From an uncultured Eubacteriales bacterium (GTDB taxonomy: Bacteria; Bacillota; Clostridia; Oscillospirales; QAKW01): a stretch of 64,000 bases of DNA. The stretch is from assembly GCA_902492505.1 (NCBI GenBank), contig CABULU010000003.1:3710-67709 (forward strand). The letters are read 5' to 3'. Under the pieces are notes generated by a model, which saw nothing but the letters and a program-made list of their open reading frames with translations, was not told where the DNA came from and ran no database searches. A program made the translations under genes and the position numbers. This document shows positions 51,421-59,539 of this stretch, piece by piece (position 1 is the first letter of the stretch; each line of letters opens with the position of its first letter).

Positions 51421-52134
51421 TTACTCCCCGAAAACTCTCTTCATCATTTCGCTGTACGCTTCCTCAACCCCGCCCATATCACGGCGGAAACGGTCCTTGT
51501 CCAGCTTTTCGTTTGTCTTGGAATCCCAAAAACGGCAGGTGTCGGGCGAAATCTCGTCCGCCAATACGATTGTACCGTCCGAAGTTTTACCAAACTCTAT
51601 TTTGAAATCGACAAGCGTAATGCCTATCTTTTCAAAAAACTCTTTCAAAAACGCATTGATACGGAACGTGTAATCCGAAATCACATTCAGTTCCTCACGC
51701 GTGGACCAGCCGCATGCGATAATGTGATAGTCATTTACCATAGGATCCCCCAGCTCATCGTCTTTATAGCAGAATTCCAGCGTCGGGCAGATAAGCTTTG
51801 TTCCCTCTTTAACACCGAAACGCTGAGAAAACGAGCCGGCCGCAATATTGCGGACAATTACCTCCAGCGGCACAATAGAAACCTTTTTAACAAGTGTCTC
51901 ACGGTCGCTGAGTTCTTCTACAAAATGGGTGGGAATGCCCGCTTTTTCCGCAAGAAGCTTCATAAGATAATTCGACATGCGGTTATTGACGACGCCTTTT
52001 CCCGCAATTTCACCCTTTTTAAGACCGTTAAACGCGGTAGCGTCGTCTTTATATGAAACGATACAAAGCTCAGGGTCGTCCGTTGCAAACACCTTTTTTG
52101 CCTTGCCTTCGTACATTTGCTGCATTTTTTTCAT
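51421..52134 (-). CDS. purC: SAICAR synthase
   Basis: 237 aa. [10 protein letters not shown]-terminus and DKDRFRRD motif. Confidence 0.95.
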   Translation of the reverse strand: MKKMQQMYEGKAKKVFATDDPELCIVSYKDDATAFNGLKKGEIAGKGVVNNRMSNYLMKLLAEKAGIPTHFVEELSDRETLVKKVSIVPLEVIVRNIAAGSFSQRFGVKEGTKLICPTLEFCYKDDELGDPMVNDYHIIACGWSTREELNVISDYTFRINAFLKEFFEKIGITLVDFKIEFGKTSDGTIVLADEISPDTCRFWDSKTNEKLDKDRFRRDMGGVEEAYSEMMKRVFGE

Positions 52135-52152
52135 TGCTTTTTCTCCTTTATT

Positions 52153-52641
52153 TCAGTATTTTTCACTTATTTTCATATCAGCTGCAAGAATTTTTTCAAC
52201 ATTTTTTTCACGCTGTGCATTTAGCTTGTCCGCAAGCGCACTGTCTTCAACGGACAGAATCTGAACGGCAAGAAGCGCGGCGTTTGCCGCCCCGTCAATA
52301 GCGACTGTCGCCACAGGCATTCCCGACGGCATCTGAACGGTGGACAGCAGCGCGTCAAGACCGTCAAGCGTTGAAGACTTAACGGGAATTCCGATGACAG
52401 GCAGCGTCGTGCCCGCGGCCATAGCCCCGGCAAGGTGAGCCGCCTTACCCGCCGCGGCAATTATAACGCCAAATTCGCGCGCCCTCGCGTTCACCGCAAA
52501 ATCACGTGCCTGAACCGGTGTTCTGTGCGCAGAGTATACATGCACCTCATACGGCACGCCGTATTCTTTGAGCGTATCTATCGCTTTTTCAACTACGGGC
52601 AGGTCGCTGTCGCTGCCCATGACAATCCCGACTTTTTTCAT
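52153..52641 (-). CDS. purE: 5-(carboxyamino)imidazole ribonucleotide mutase / AIR carboxylase catalytic subunit
   Basis: Start moved to ATG 52641 (MKKVGIVMGSDSDLPV), preceded by GGAGG. The ORF-track extension to 52779 would run through the riboswitch and terminator. Confidence 0.9.
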   Translation of the reverse strand: MKKVGIVMGSDSDLPVVEKAIDTLKEYGVPYEVHVYSAHRTPVQARDFAVNARAREFGVIIAAAGKAAHLAGAMAAGTTLPVIGIPVKSSTLDGLDALLSTVQMPSGMPVATVAIDGAANAALLAVQILSVEDSALADKLNAQREKNVEKILAADMKISEKY

Positions 52642-52660
52642 TAATACCTCCAAAATAATC

Positions 52661-52703
52661 AAAAACCAAAAAAGGCAGTCCTTTCCCACAGAAAAGAACT
52701 GCC
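52661..52703 (-). terminator. intrinsic terminator forming the expression platform of the pur-leader riboswitch
   Basis: Minus strand GGCAGUUCUUUUC-UGUG-GGAAAGGACUGCC (13 bp including 2 G-U pairs) followed by UUUUUUGGUUUUU. Its 5' arm overlaps the CUGGGCAG of the aptamer 3' element. Confidence 0.85.
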
Positions 52704-52772
52704 CAGACGGTCGGCAATAAAAAATTTTCCGGTTCCCCTGTGGTATCCACTTATCCGTCAGTAGCCGAAAAA
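52699..52772 (-). promoter_or_regulatory. ZTP (pfl-motif) riboswitch aptamer
   Basis: Minus strand UUUUUCGGCUACUGACGGAUAA-GUGGAUACCAC-AGGGGAACCGGAAAA, a 12-nt linker, then CCGACCGUCUGGGCAG. P1 is UUUUUCGG/CCGGAAAA and the P2 hairpin is GUGG/CCAC. GACGG can pair with CCGUC as a pseudoknot. The 3' CCGnCUGGGCA-like box matches my recollection of the pfl consensus (GGGUCGUGACUGGCG...CCGGG...CGACC...CCGCCUGGGCA). Confidence 0.8.
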
Positions 52773-52786
52773 TCAACAACGGATAT

Positions 52787-52815
52787 ATTATATAAAATCG
52801 TCAATATATTGTCAA
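52787..52815 (-). promoter_or_regulatory. consensus sigma-A promoter of the pur operon
   Basis: Minus strand TTGACA (52815..52810), 17 nt, TATAAT (52792..52787). Confidence 0.8.
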
Positions 52816-52845
52816 GCAAATAACCGTTATTTCGTCAAAAAAAGA

Positions 52846-52863
52846 GCATACCAAAAGGTATGC
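52846..52863 (-). terminator. rho-independent terminator after the 246-aa membrane protein gene
   Basis: Minus strand GCATACC-TTTT-GGTATGC followed by TCTTTTTTT. Insulates the pur promoter from upstream transcription. Confidence 0.75.
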
Positions 52864-52871
52864 CCGGAATG

Positions 52872-53612
52872 CTATTGATTTTGTGCATCTTCGTTTCGGT
52901 TTTCATGCAAGTCGGAATCCGAAGATACGGCTGATGTACCGGCAGAGCCGCAATTTTGCTGTGCGGCAGCCCACGCCTGTGCGGCGGCACGCTGCTCACA
53001 CCAAAGCTGATAACCGCTCTTTTTATTGCGTATCGAAAAAAGCAAAAACGGCATCGTAACGGGTATAATCACTGAAAGCACAAGAAACAGTACCGCATTG
53101 GACGGCACGTATTCCTTGTAAACCGCATACAGAGAAATAAGCGTAAATATCAGCAAAGCAACAGTACAGCCAATCTGCACGAGCAAAAACGGCACGGCCA
53201 TAAAAATAAACATAACCGCCTCGCCGCCGGCAAAACCGATTACAGCGGACATTCCCAAAAAAACGCACGCAAACACACCCGATACCAATGCGACCGACGC
53301 TAAAACGACCATGCGCACGGCATAGCTCGTTTTCTTGTTCATGGTTGCCGATATATCGTCATAAATTTTGCCTAAAATATAAGAATCAGCAACAGGAATA
53401 AATGCCAGAAACGCATTTTTTATACCGCGTTTTTTAGCAAGAGTATAGAGCGCAATACTCTCAAAAACAAACATAACAACAGCGATAAGCAAAGACGCCA
53501 GCACAAGCGACGACAAAACTCCTAAAACAGCATCAAGCGCGCCGGTATAGGGATTGTAAAAAGAATTATAGTAATTATAATAATCTCCGTAATTACCGCC
53601 GAAAGGAATCAT
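52872..53612 (-). CDS. hypothetical polytopic membrane protein with Tyr/Asn/Gly-rich N-terminus
   Basis: 246 aa. N-terminus GGNYGDYYNYYNSFYNPYTG, about 6 hydrophobic helices, Ala/Gln-rich C-tail. No family recognised. Confidence 0.5.
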   Translation of the reverse strand: MIPFGGNYGDYYNYYNSFYNPYTGALDAVLGVLSSLVLASLLIAVVMFVFESIALYTLAKKRGIKNAFLAFIPVADSYILGKIYDDISATMNKKTSYAVRMVVLASVALVSGVFACVFLGMSAVIGFAGGEAVMFIFMAVPFLLVQIGCTVALLIFTLISLYAVYKEYVPSNAVLFLVLSVIIPVTMPFLLFSIRNKKSGYQLWCEQRAAAQAWAAAQQNCGSAGTSAVSSDSDLHENRNEDAQNQ

Positions 53613-53624
53613 AAATTTTTCTCC

Positions 53625-53918
53625 TTATTTTTTATCTTTAAGCGCACGGGTCAGCCATATAAGACCGATATCCAGCGCCTCATAAAGACTGTTCTTTTCT
53701 CCTCTTTTCAGCAGTCGCTCCATAGGCGGCAACGACTCATCTGTGAGCAGCAGCTCGACAGATACCTTTGTCGGGATATCGTTTGCGTCAGAACTCAGAA
53801 TAGTGATAAAAATAATATGAGTCTGCGACGGATCGCCGAAATAGATATAGTTTTTACTGCGCACAAGAGGCAGACCTTTATATGTGAAATACGGTGACTT
53901 ATCGTTTTTTGCTGCCAT
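53625..53918 (-). CDS. hypothetical small cytoplasmic protein
   Basis: 97 aa ORF, 12 nt upstream of the membrane protein gene. No motif recognised. Confidence 0.45.
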   Translation of the reverse strand: MAAKNDKSPYFTYKGLPLVRSKNYIYFGDPSQTHIIFITILSSDANDIPTKVSVELLLTDESLPPMERLLKRGEKNSLYEALDIGLIWLTRALKDKK

Positions 53919-54078
53919 TTGAAATTACTCCTTCAGTTATAAATCAATTAATAATTATACAAAATGATATCACATTTATGCCGCTTTGTAAAGTGCTGTA
54001 TCCAAAAGAAAAAAATTACTTATTGAGTATAGACGTAATTTATGTTACAATACAAAAAGTAACTTTCGGAGGATAAAA

Positions 54079-56316
54079 ATGCAGGCAACAAAAATACACG
54101 CGCAGTTAGATAAAATGAACGATATGCAAAAAAAAGCGGCTCTGCACACAGAGGGTGCTCTTTTAATACTCGCCGGTGCGGGAAGCGGAAAAACCACGGT
54201 GCTTATAAGCCGTATTGCCAACATACTTGCGCAGGGACTTTGCTATCCGTCAAATATACTCGCCATAACATTTACCAACAAGGCCGCAAAGGAGCTCGTT
54301 TCAAGAATTGACAGCCTGATAGGTGAAGACGGAAGCGGAGTATGGGCTTCCACTTTTCACAGCTTCTGCGCAAAGGTACTGCGCAGAAATATTGATACGC
54401 TCGGCTACTCAAGCGACTTTTCCATTTTTGACACGGACGACTCGCTGCGCATTATAAAGTCGGCGCAAAAGGAAATGGGCATAGACCCGCAGATACTTGC
54501 GCCGCGCGCCGTGCTCAGCCGCATATCGCGCTGCAAGGATTGCCGCATATCTCCCGACGAATATACCGAAAACTTCGGAAATGATACCTACAACAACGAT
54601 ATATGCCGTCTTTATACTGAATATGAAAAGCAACTGAAGCGCTCAAACGCACTTGATTTTGACGATATAATTCTAAAGACCGTTGAGCTTTTTGAAACAA
54701 GCAATGAAATTCTGAATTACTATTCAAACAAGTTTAAATACATAATGGTGGACGAATATCAGGATACAAACCCGCTTCAGTTCAGACTTATCGAGCTGCT
54801 CCAGACAGTACACGGTAACCTTTGTGTTGTCGGCGACGATGACCAGAGTATCTACAAATTCCGCGGTGCAACAATAGAAAATATACTGTCCTTTGAAAAA
54901 AAATTCAAAAACGCCGTCGTTATACGGCTTGAACAGAATTACCGCTCAACAGGCAACATACTGAACGCCGCAAATAACGTAATATCAAACAACAGCGAGC
55001 GGAAAGGAAAAACGCTTTGGACGGCGGCTGGTGACGGCGAGCCGATTTATGAAAACAGGCTGGACGATGAATATCAGGAAAGTCTGTTTATAGCCGACAC
55101 CGTTCTCGACTCGGTTGCGTCGCAGGGAATGAATTACGGCGACTTTGCTGTTCTTTACCGCACAAACGCACAGTCAAACGCCATTGAACAGACATTTGTC
55201 AAGGGCGGGGTCCCCTATAAAATCATCGGCGGCATGCGCTTTTACGAGCGAAAGGAAATCAAGGATATTCTCGCTTATATGTATCTTGTTCACAACACAA
55301 GCGACGATTTGCGACTTATCAGAATAATAAATGAGCCTAAAAGAAAAATAGGTCAGGCAACGCTTGAAACACTCCGCACTCTTGCCGCGCAGAACGCTGT
55401 ATCCGTATTTGACATTGCCAAGGCTGCCGAAAGCTTTCCCGAGCTTACGCGCAGTGCTGCAAGGCTTCAAAAATTTTCGGAGTTGATCGACTCGCTTATC
55501 TTAGAAAAAGACACGCTTCCGTTAAGTGAACTTATAAAGGATATATCAGTACGCAGCGGATACATAGCAATGCTTGAAGCGGAAAATACAGAAGAGGCAC
55601 GCGACAGGGTAAACAATATTGCAGAGCTTGTATCGACCGCGGCAGTGTTCGAAACACAGAGCGATGAGCCAACCCTCGGAGCATTTTTGGAGGAGATAGC
55701 GCTGATGACCGATATTGATAACCTGGACGACAGCAGCGACCGCGTAGTGTTAATGACGCTGCACAGCGCCAAAGGTCTGGAATTTGACAACGTATTTATC
55801 GCAGGAGCCGAGGAAGGGCTGTTTCCCGGTCAGAGAAGCATTGAGTCGCAGGAGGAGTTGGAGGAGGAGCGCAGACTCATGTACGTCGGCATTACCCGCG
55901 CCAAAAAGAGACTGTACATTACGCACACGCAGAGAAGGACAATTTACGGCATGACTAAATACAATCAGCCGTCAAGATTTTTAAACGAAATACCCAAAGA
56001 GATTATAAAGCCGCTGTACAGCAAAGATAAGCCGGCGCAGACAATGTCGCCGTCTGCATACGGTTTCGGCAGCAATGTGAGCATTAAGCATGTTGATTTA
56101 AATTCTTTTGCGCAAATACGAAAGCCTGTAAACAACGCTAAAACCGAAAACGGCGCATCATTTAATATAGGAGAGCGCGTCGTACACAAGACGTTCGGCA
56201 CAGGAACACTTCTTTCAAAAAAGCCTATGGGCGGAGACACGCTGCTTGAAATAAATTTTGATAAAGTCGGCGTTAAAAAGATCATGGCAAACTTTGCAAA
56301 GCTTACAAAAGAATAA
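54079..56316 (+). CDS. pcrA: ATP-dependent DNA helicase PcrA (UvrD family, SF1)
   Basis: 745 aa. Walker A AGAGSGKTT, motif II VDEYQDTN, motifs III-VI recognisable (VGDDDQSIYKFRGA, TLHSAKGLEF, YVGITRAK). Confidence 0.95.
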   Translation: MQATKIHAQLDKMNDMQKKAALHTEGALLILAGAGSGKTTVLISRIANILAQGLCYPSNILAITFTNKAAKELVSRIDSLIGEDGSGVWASTFHSFCAKVLRRNIDTLGYSSDFSIFDTDDSLRIIKSAQKEMGIDPQILAPRAVLSRISRCKDCRISPDEYTENFGNDTYNNDICRLYTEYEKQLKRSNALDFDDIILKTVELFETSNEILNYYSNKFKYIMVDEYQDTNPLQFRLIELLQTVHGNLCVVGDDDQSIYKFRGATIENILSFEKKFKNAVVIRLEQNYRSTGNILNAANNVISNNSERKGKTLWTAAGDGEPIYENRLDDEYQESLFIADTVLDSVASQGMNYGDFAVLYRTNAQSNAIEQTFVKGGVPYKIIGGMRFYERKEIKDILAYMYLVHNTSDDLRLIRIINEPKRKIGQATLETLRTLAAQNAVSVFDIAKAAESFPELTRSAARLQKFSELIDSLILEKDTLPLSELIKDISVRSGYIAMLEAENTEEARDRVNNIAELVSTAAVFETQSDEPTLGAFLEEIALMTDIDNLDDSSDRVVLMTLHSAKGLEFDNVFIAGAEEGLFPGQRSIESQEELEEERRLMYVGITRAKKRLYITHTQRRTIYGMTKYNQPSRFLNEIPKEIIKPLYSKDKPAQTMSPSAYGFGSNVSIKHVDLNSFAQIRKPVNNAKTENGASFNIGERVVHKTFGTGTLLSKKPMGGDTLLEINFDKVGVKKIMANFAKLTKE

Positions 56317-56320
56317 AGAA

Positions 56321-56358
56321 AGGTTCCCCGCCGCAAATTTGCGGCGGGGAACCTTTTT
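56321..56358. terminator. strong bidirectional terminator (pcrA / GH42-like gene)
   Basis: AGGTTCCCCGCCGC-AAATTT-GCGGCGGGGAACCT (14 bp) followed by TTTT, between convergent genes. Confidence 0.9.
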
Positions 56359-56385
56359 ATAGAACAATAATACAAAGTTTAGACT

Positions 56386-57429
56386 TTATAATCCGAGCAT
56401 TTTTCGCATTTCAAGGCGTCGACGCTCCCGCTCGCGCTCCATTAACCGCGCCATCGCGTCACCCATTGTACGCCATGCAAGATCCGGCTGCTTTGCACGG
56501 TAGTCATTTCCCTCCGAACCGCGGTAGCCCCAATACAAAATAGTACGCGCGCCCGCATCATAAGCCGCATCAGCGGCGTAAACCATATCCTCCTCGGTTC
56601 CCGCAGGAATGGCATAACCCTGAATCCAAATATTGTGATCCTTCCCGTATCTGTCGCAAACATCGAGACATTTGCGGGTATCTTCATATACCTTTTTATA
56701 CACGTCAACTCCGGTTTTTGGATTTTTACTGCTCACCCAGTACGGGTCTGTACCGATATTGTCCATTGTAGGCAGCTTACCGAGAATATCTATATTGTCA
56801 AGACTTACACCAATATTCTGATGCGACATTACACAAACGATATTTTCCATTCCCTTAGAAGAGGCATACGCAGTAACCGTTTTAAAATAATTCTGAATTG
56901 TCCACTCCTGAAAATCAAAGCAGTCCTTATCCGGGATTACAGGCATTTCACGGTTATAGCGCTCTTTAAACAGCTTTTTACAACGCGGGCAGGCGCAGCT
57001 AAACTTTTCTCCCTCCTTTGCAGGCAGGTTCGGCTCGTCCCAGAAAATTTTCCTGCCGCCGCACTCGTACACCTTATCAATCCATTCCTTTGTCCAGTCT
57101 ACAAAACGCTCATGATTGTAGCAGACATTTATAGGTCTTATGTCTCCGTTTGAATAGTACTGGTGAGCATCCGGATAATAGCAAAGAAAATGCGAGGTGT
57201 CTCCGGGCGTTCCGTTCAATCCCCAGTTGTCAACCCACAGCTCCAGTCCGAGGTCTGTTGTCATTGAAAATATCTCTTTCATGACGTTAGGACTGCGGTT
57301 CCAGTCATTGTGAGAAAACATATGCACGACAAGATTAAAGTGATGCTCCAAAATATCCTTCATATCAGCTTCCGCACGGGACAAAAGTCTGTTGCCATGA
57401 TAAGCCACACCTAATTTTAACGGTTTCAT
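56386..57429 (-). CDS. cytoplasmic clan GH-A TIM-barrel-like protein resembling only the catalytic domain of GH42 beta-galactosidases
   Basis: Start moved to ATG 57429 (MKPLKLGVAYHGN; AGGAGG RBS), about 348 aa. IFWDEPN followed 14 residues later by CACPRCKKLFKERY recalls the GH42 acid/base strand plus its CxCxxC zinc site and the following FRxWL helix. No signal peptide. The family call is from memory. Confidence 0.45.
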   Translation of the reverse strand: MKPLKLGVAYHGNRLLSRAEADMKDILEHHFNLVVHMFSHNDWNRSPNVMKEIFSMTTDLGLELWVDNWGLNGTPGDTSHFLCYYPDAHQYYSNGDIRPINVCYNHERFVDWTKEWIDKVYECGGRKIFWDEPNLPAKEGEKFSCACPRCKKLFKERYNREMPVIPDKDCFDFQEWTIQNYFKTVTAYASSKGMENIVCVMSHQNIGVSLDNIDILGKLPTMDNIGTDPYWVSSKNPKTGVDVYKKVYEDTRKCLDVCDRYGKDHNIWIQGYAIPAGTEEDMVYAADAAYDAGARTILYWGYRGSEGNDYRAKQPDLAWRTMGDAMARLMERERERRRLEMRKMLGL

Positions 57430-57493
57430 TTCATGCTCCTCCTGAAATAGATTTATTATGTATGATTTTTGATTAAAACAATAAATGAAGTTG

Positions 57494-58540
57494 TTACACT
57501 TTTGGATATTCAATTGTTACAGTTCTGTCTTGTGCTGCCGACTGCACCGTTGCACAGCATACGGCGACAGTATTGGCGCCCTCTTTCGGCATAACGGGAG
57601 ACGGTTTACCGTTTACAAGCGCGTCTACAAACAGGTCTATCTCCGCACCGACATTATGGCTGTTAATATCAACAGGAAGCTTTTGCGGTTTTGTATAGGA
57701 CACTTTACCGTCGGGCAGCGGCTCGTCTACCGTATAAAGTGATATTTCCGGCGAAGAATTGTCACAAATTATAGTTCCCTTGGTACCGTAAAGTACAGTG
57801 CGCATTGTATAGTCACGACGGCATCCCGTAGAAACAAACACCTTGCCTATGACGTTATTCGGGAATTTATAAATACCGATTGTACAGTCATCTGTCGGCC
57901 AATCAATCATACATTTATGATTAGAATACGCCGTAACCTCCGTCGGATCTCCCGCTATCCAGCGCAAAAGGTCAACGGCGTGACAGCCGCCGCCTATAAA
58001 GCCGCTGCGCTCAGGCGTTTTGCGCCATGAATTTTTACCCTCGGCCTTTTCATAGTTATGCGCATATTCGCTTTCCACAAAAAACAGCTCGCCTATCCTG
58101 CCGCTTTCCACAATTTCCTTTGCCAAAATAAATGCGGGAGTACAGCGGCAAACCTGACCTATCATAAGCATATTTCCGGTTTCCTGCTGTACGCGCATCA
58201 TCTCCTCGCATTCCTGCGTATTAAGCGCCATCGGCTTTTCACACAACACATGCTTACCGGTGCGCAGAAACGCCGCTGTCATTTCAAGATGCAGCTGGTC
58301 AGGCGTTACAATAATAACAGCGTCAATGTCATTTGAGTTTACAAGCTGTCTGTAATCGGTAACGGCAACCGGGATGTCATACTTTTCCTTTGCCTCGGAA
58401 AGCGCATTTTCATCTGTATCGCAGACTGCAACAAGACTGGCGTTTTTATTATTTACAACGCCTTTCATATGGGAGAGACCCATAGGACTTGCACCTATAA
58501 CGGCAATATTCAATTTTTCGGATTTCACACAAAGCACCAC
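57494..58540 (-). CDS. Gfo/Idh/MocA family NAD(P)-dependent oxidoreductase
   Basis: 348 aa. N-terminal Rossmann KLNIAVIGASPMG and EKP motif (VLCEKPMA). GTG start; the exact start is uncertain. Confidence 0.85.
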   Translation of the reverse strand: MVLCVKSEKLNIAVIGASPMGLSHMKGVVNNKNASLVAVCDTDENALSEAKEKYDIPVAVTDYRQLVNSNDIDAVIIVTPDQLHLEMTAAFLRTGKHVLCEKPMALNTQECEEMMRVQQETGNMLMIGQVCRCTPAFILAKEIVESGRIGELFFVESEYAHNYEKAEGKNSWRKTPERSGFIGGGCHAVDLLRWIAGDPTEVTAYSNHKCMIDWPTDDCTIGIYKFPNNVIGKVFVSTGCRRDYTMRTVLYGTKGTIICDNSSPEISLYTVDEPLPDGKVSYTKPQKLPVDINSHNVGAEIDLFVDALVNGKPSPVMPKEGANTVAVCCATVQSAAQDRTVTIEYPKV

Positions 58541-58625
58541 ACTTTCTTAAATTTAATTAAATTATAGCAATTACCTATTGACAACTCAATATAAAAATGT
58601 TTGAATAAATATACAATTTGTTGTT

Positions 58626-59486
58626 TTGGGAAGTGGTTTGGTGAAATACGAGGTCTTGGGAAACGATAAGCAGGCAGACCTTAATTTATATGTATGTGAG
58701 CGGGATGACAAAATAGCCCCCGGCGTCCGCTACGGACCTGTGATAAGGGATTCTTATATAATAGAATGCTGTACCGAAGGCAGCGGAAGCATTACTATAA
58801 ACGGAAAAGACTTTCCGCTGAAGCCGGGCGACTGTATGGTACTTCTTCCCGGCGATATTGTCACACATATAACCTCCCCCGATACTACACGCAGCGGAGT
58901 TTGGTGCGCAGTAAAAGGCATTAAAATAAGCTCTTATCTCGATGCTGTCGGAATTGATTCAAAAAATCCTTATGCACCGCGGAAAGCTGTTCCTAAAATA
59001 GTTGAACTTATCAATCGCATAATAGAATTAAATGCAGATACCGACGCGGGCGCAGACCTGCGCAGAACGGCGATTGTACACGAAATATTCGGTGAAATAA
59101 TGCGGTATGCAAAGGCGGGCACTGACAAGAGTGCTTATATATGTCAAGCTATCCGAATTATCGAAACAAGATATGCCGAACAGATAACAGTTGCAGGATT
59201 GGCACATGATATAGGTCTTGACCGCAGTTATTTCTCAACTGTATTTCATAAAGTTACAGGTATGTCGCCACAAGAATATATCACGGATATACGCATAAAA
59301 AAGGCATGTGCTCTGCTGTCCATGGAAGAATATACAATAAGTGAGGCTGCATGTGCCGTCGGCATTGCTCCCGAGGGGTTTTCGCGTGTCTTCAAAGGTA
59401 AAACGGGTATTACTCCGGGACAGTACAGGCAAAAACAAAAGCAGGTTCTGCCGGACATGTCAGAAGATTGGATTTGCGGCAGATAA
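58626..59486 (+). CDS. AraC family transcriptional regulator (cupin sensor plus HTH)
   Basis: 286 aa. N-terminal cupin-like domain and C-terminal AraC double HTH (VAGLAHDIGLDRSYFSTVFHKVTGMSPQEY...). Divergent from the oxidoreductase operon. Start may be TTG 58626 or GTG 58641. Confidence 0.85.
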   Translation: MGSGLVKYEVLGNDKQADLNLYVCERDDKIAPGVRYGPVIRDSYIIECCTEGSGSITINGKDFPLKPGDCMVLLPGDIVTHITSPDTTRSGVWCAVKGIKISSYLDAVGIDSKNPYAPRKAVPKIVELINRIIELNADTDAGADLRRTAIVHEIFGEIMRYAKAGTDKSAYICQAIRIIETRYAEQITVAGLAHDIGLDRSYFSTVFHKVTGMSPQEYITDIRIKKACALLSMEEYTISEAACAVGIAPEGFSRVFKGKTGITPGQYRQKQKQVLPDMSEDWICGR

Positions 59487-59500
59487 TAAATAATAACAAG

Positions 59501-59526
59501 GGCTTGCCGGGCATTTCCGGCAAGCC
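59501..59526. terminator. bidirectional terminator (AraC gene / lipoprotein gene)
   Basis: GGCTTGCCGG-GCATTT-CCGGCAAGCC followed by TTTG. Confidence 0.8.
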
Positions 59527-59539
59527 TTTGAACTAAGTG

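Noticed and set aside
52642-52779. N-terminal extension of purE in the ORF track (and similar extensions of purM to 50117, purH to 46260, ackA to 5211, the SLH protein from 31210, the GH42-like gene to 57513, the nucleoside hydrolase to 18481, the GATase from 25209 and the GNAT from 19823)
   Set aside because: In each case an internal ATG is preceded by a strong GGAGG-type RBS and begins the conserved N-terminus of the family. The extension overlaps the upstream gene or a regulatory RNA and has no RBS.
52816-52845. Possible PurR PurBox (GACGAAATAAC) just upstream of the pur promoter -35
   Set aside because: Only a partial single half-site resembles the Bacillus PurBox (CGAAC core). No second inverted box at the expected spacing was seen, and the region is AT-rich.
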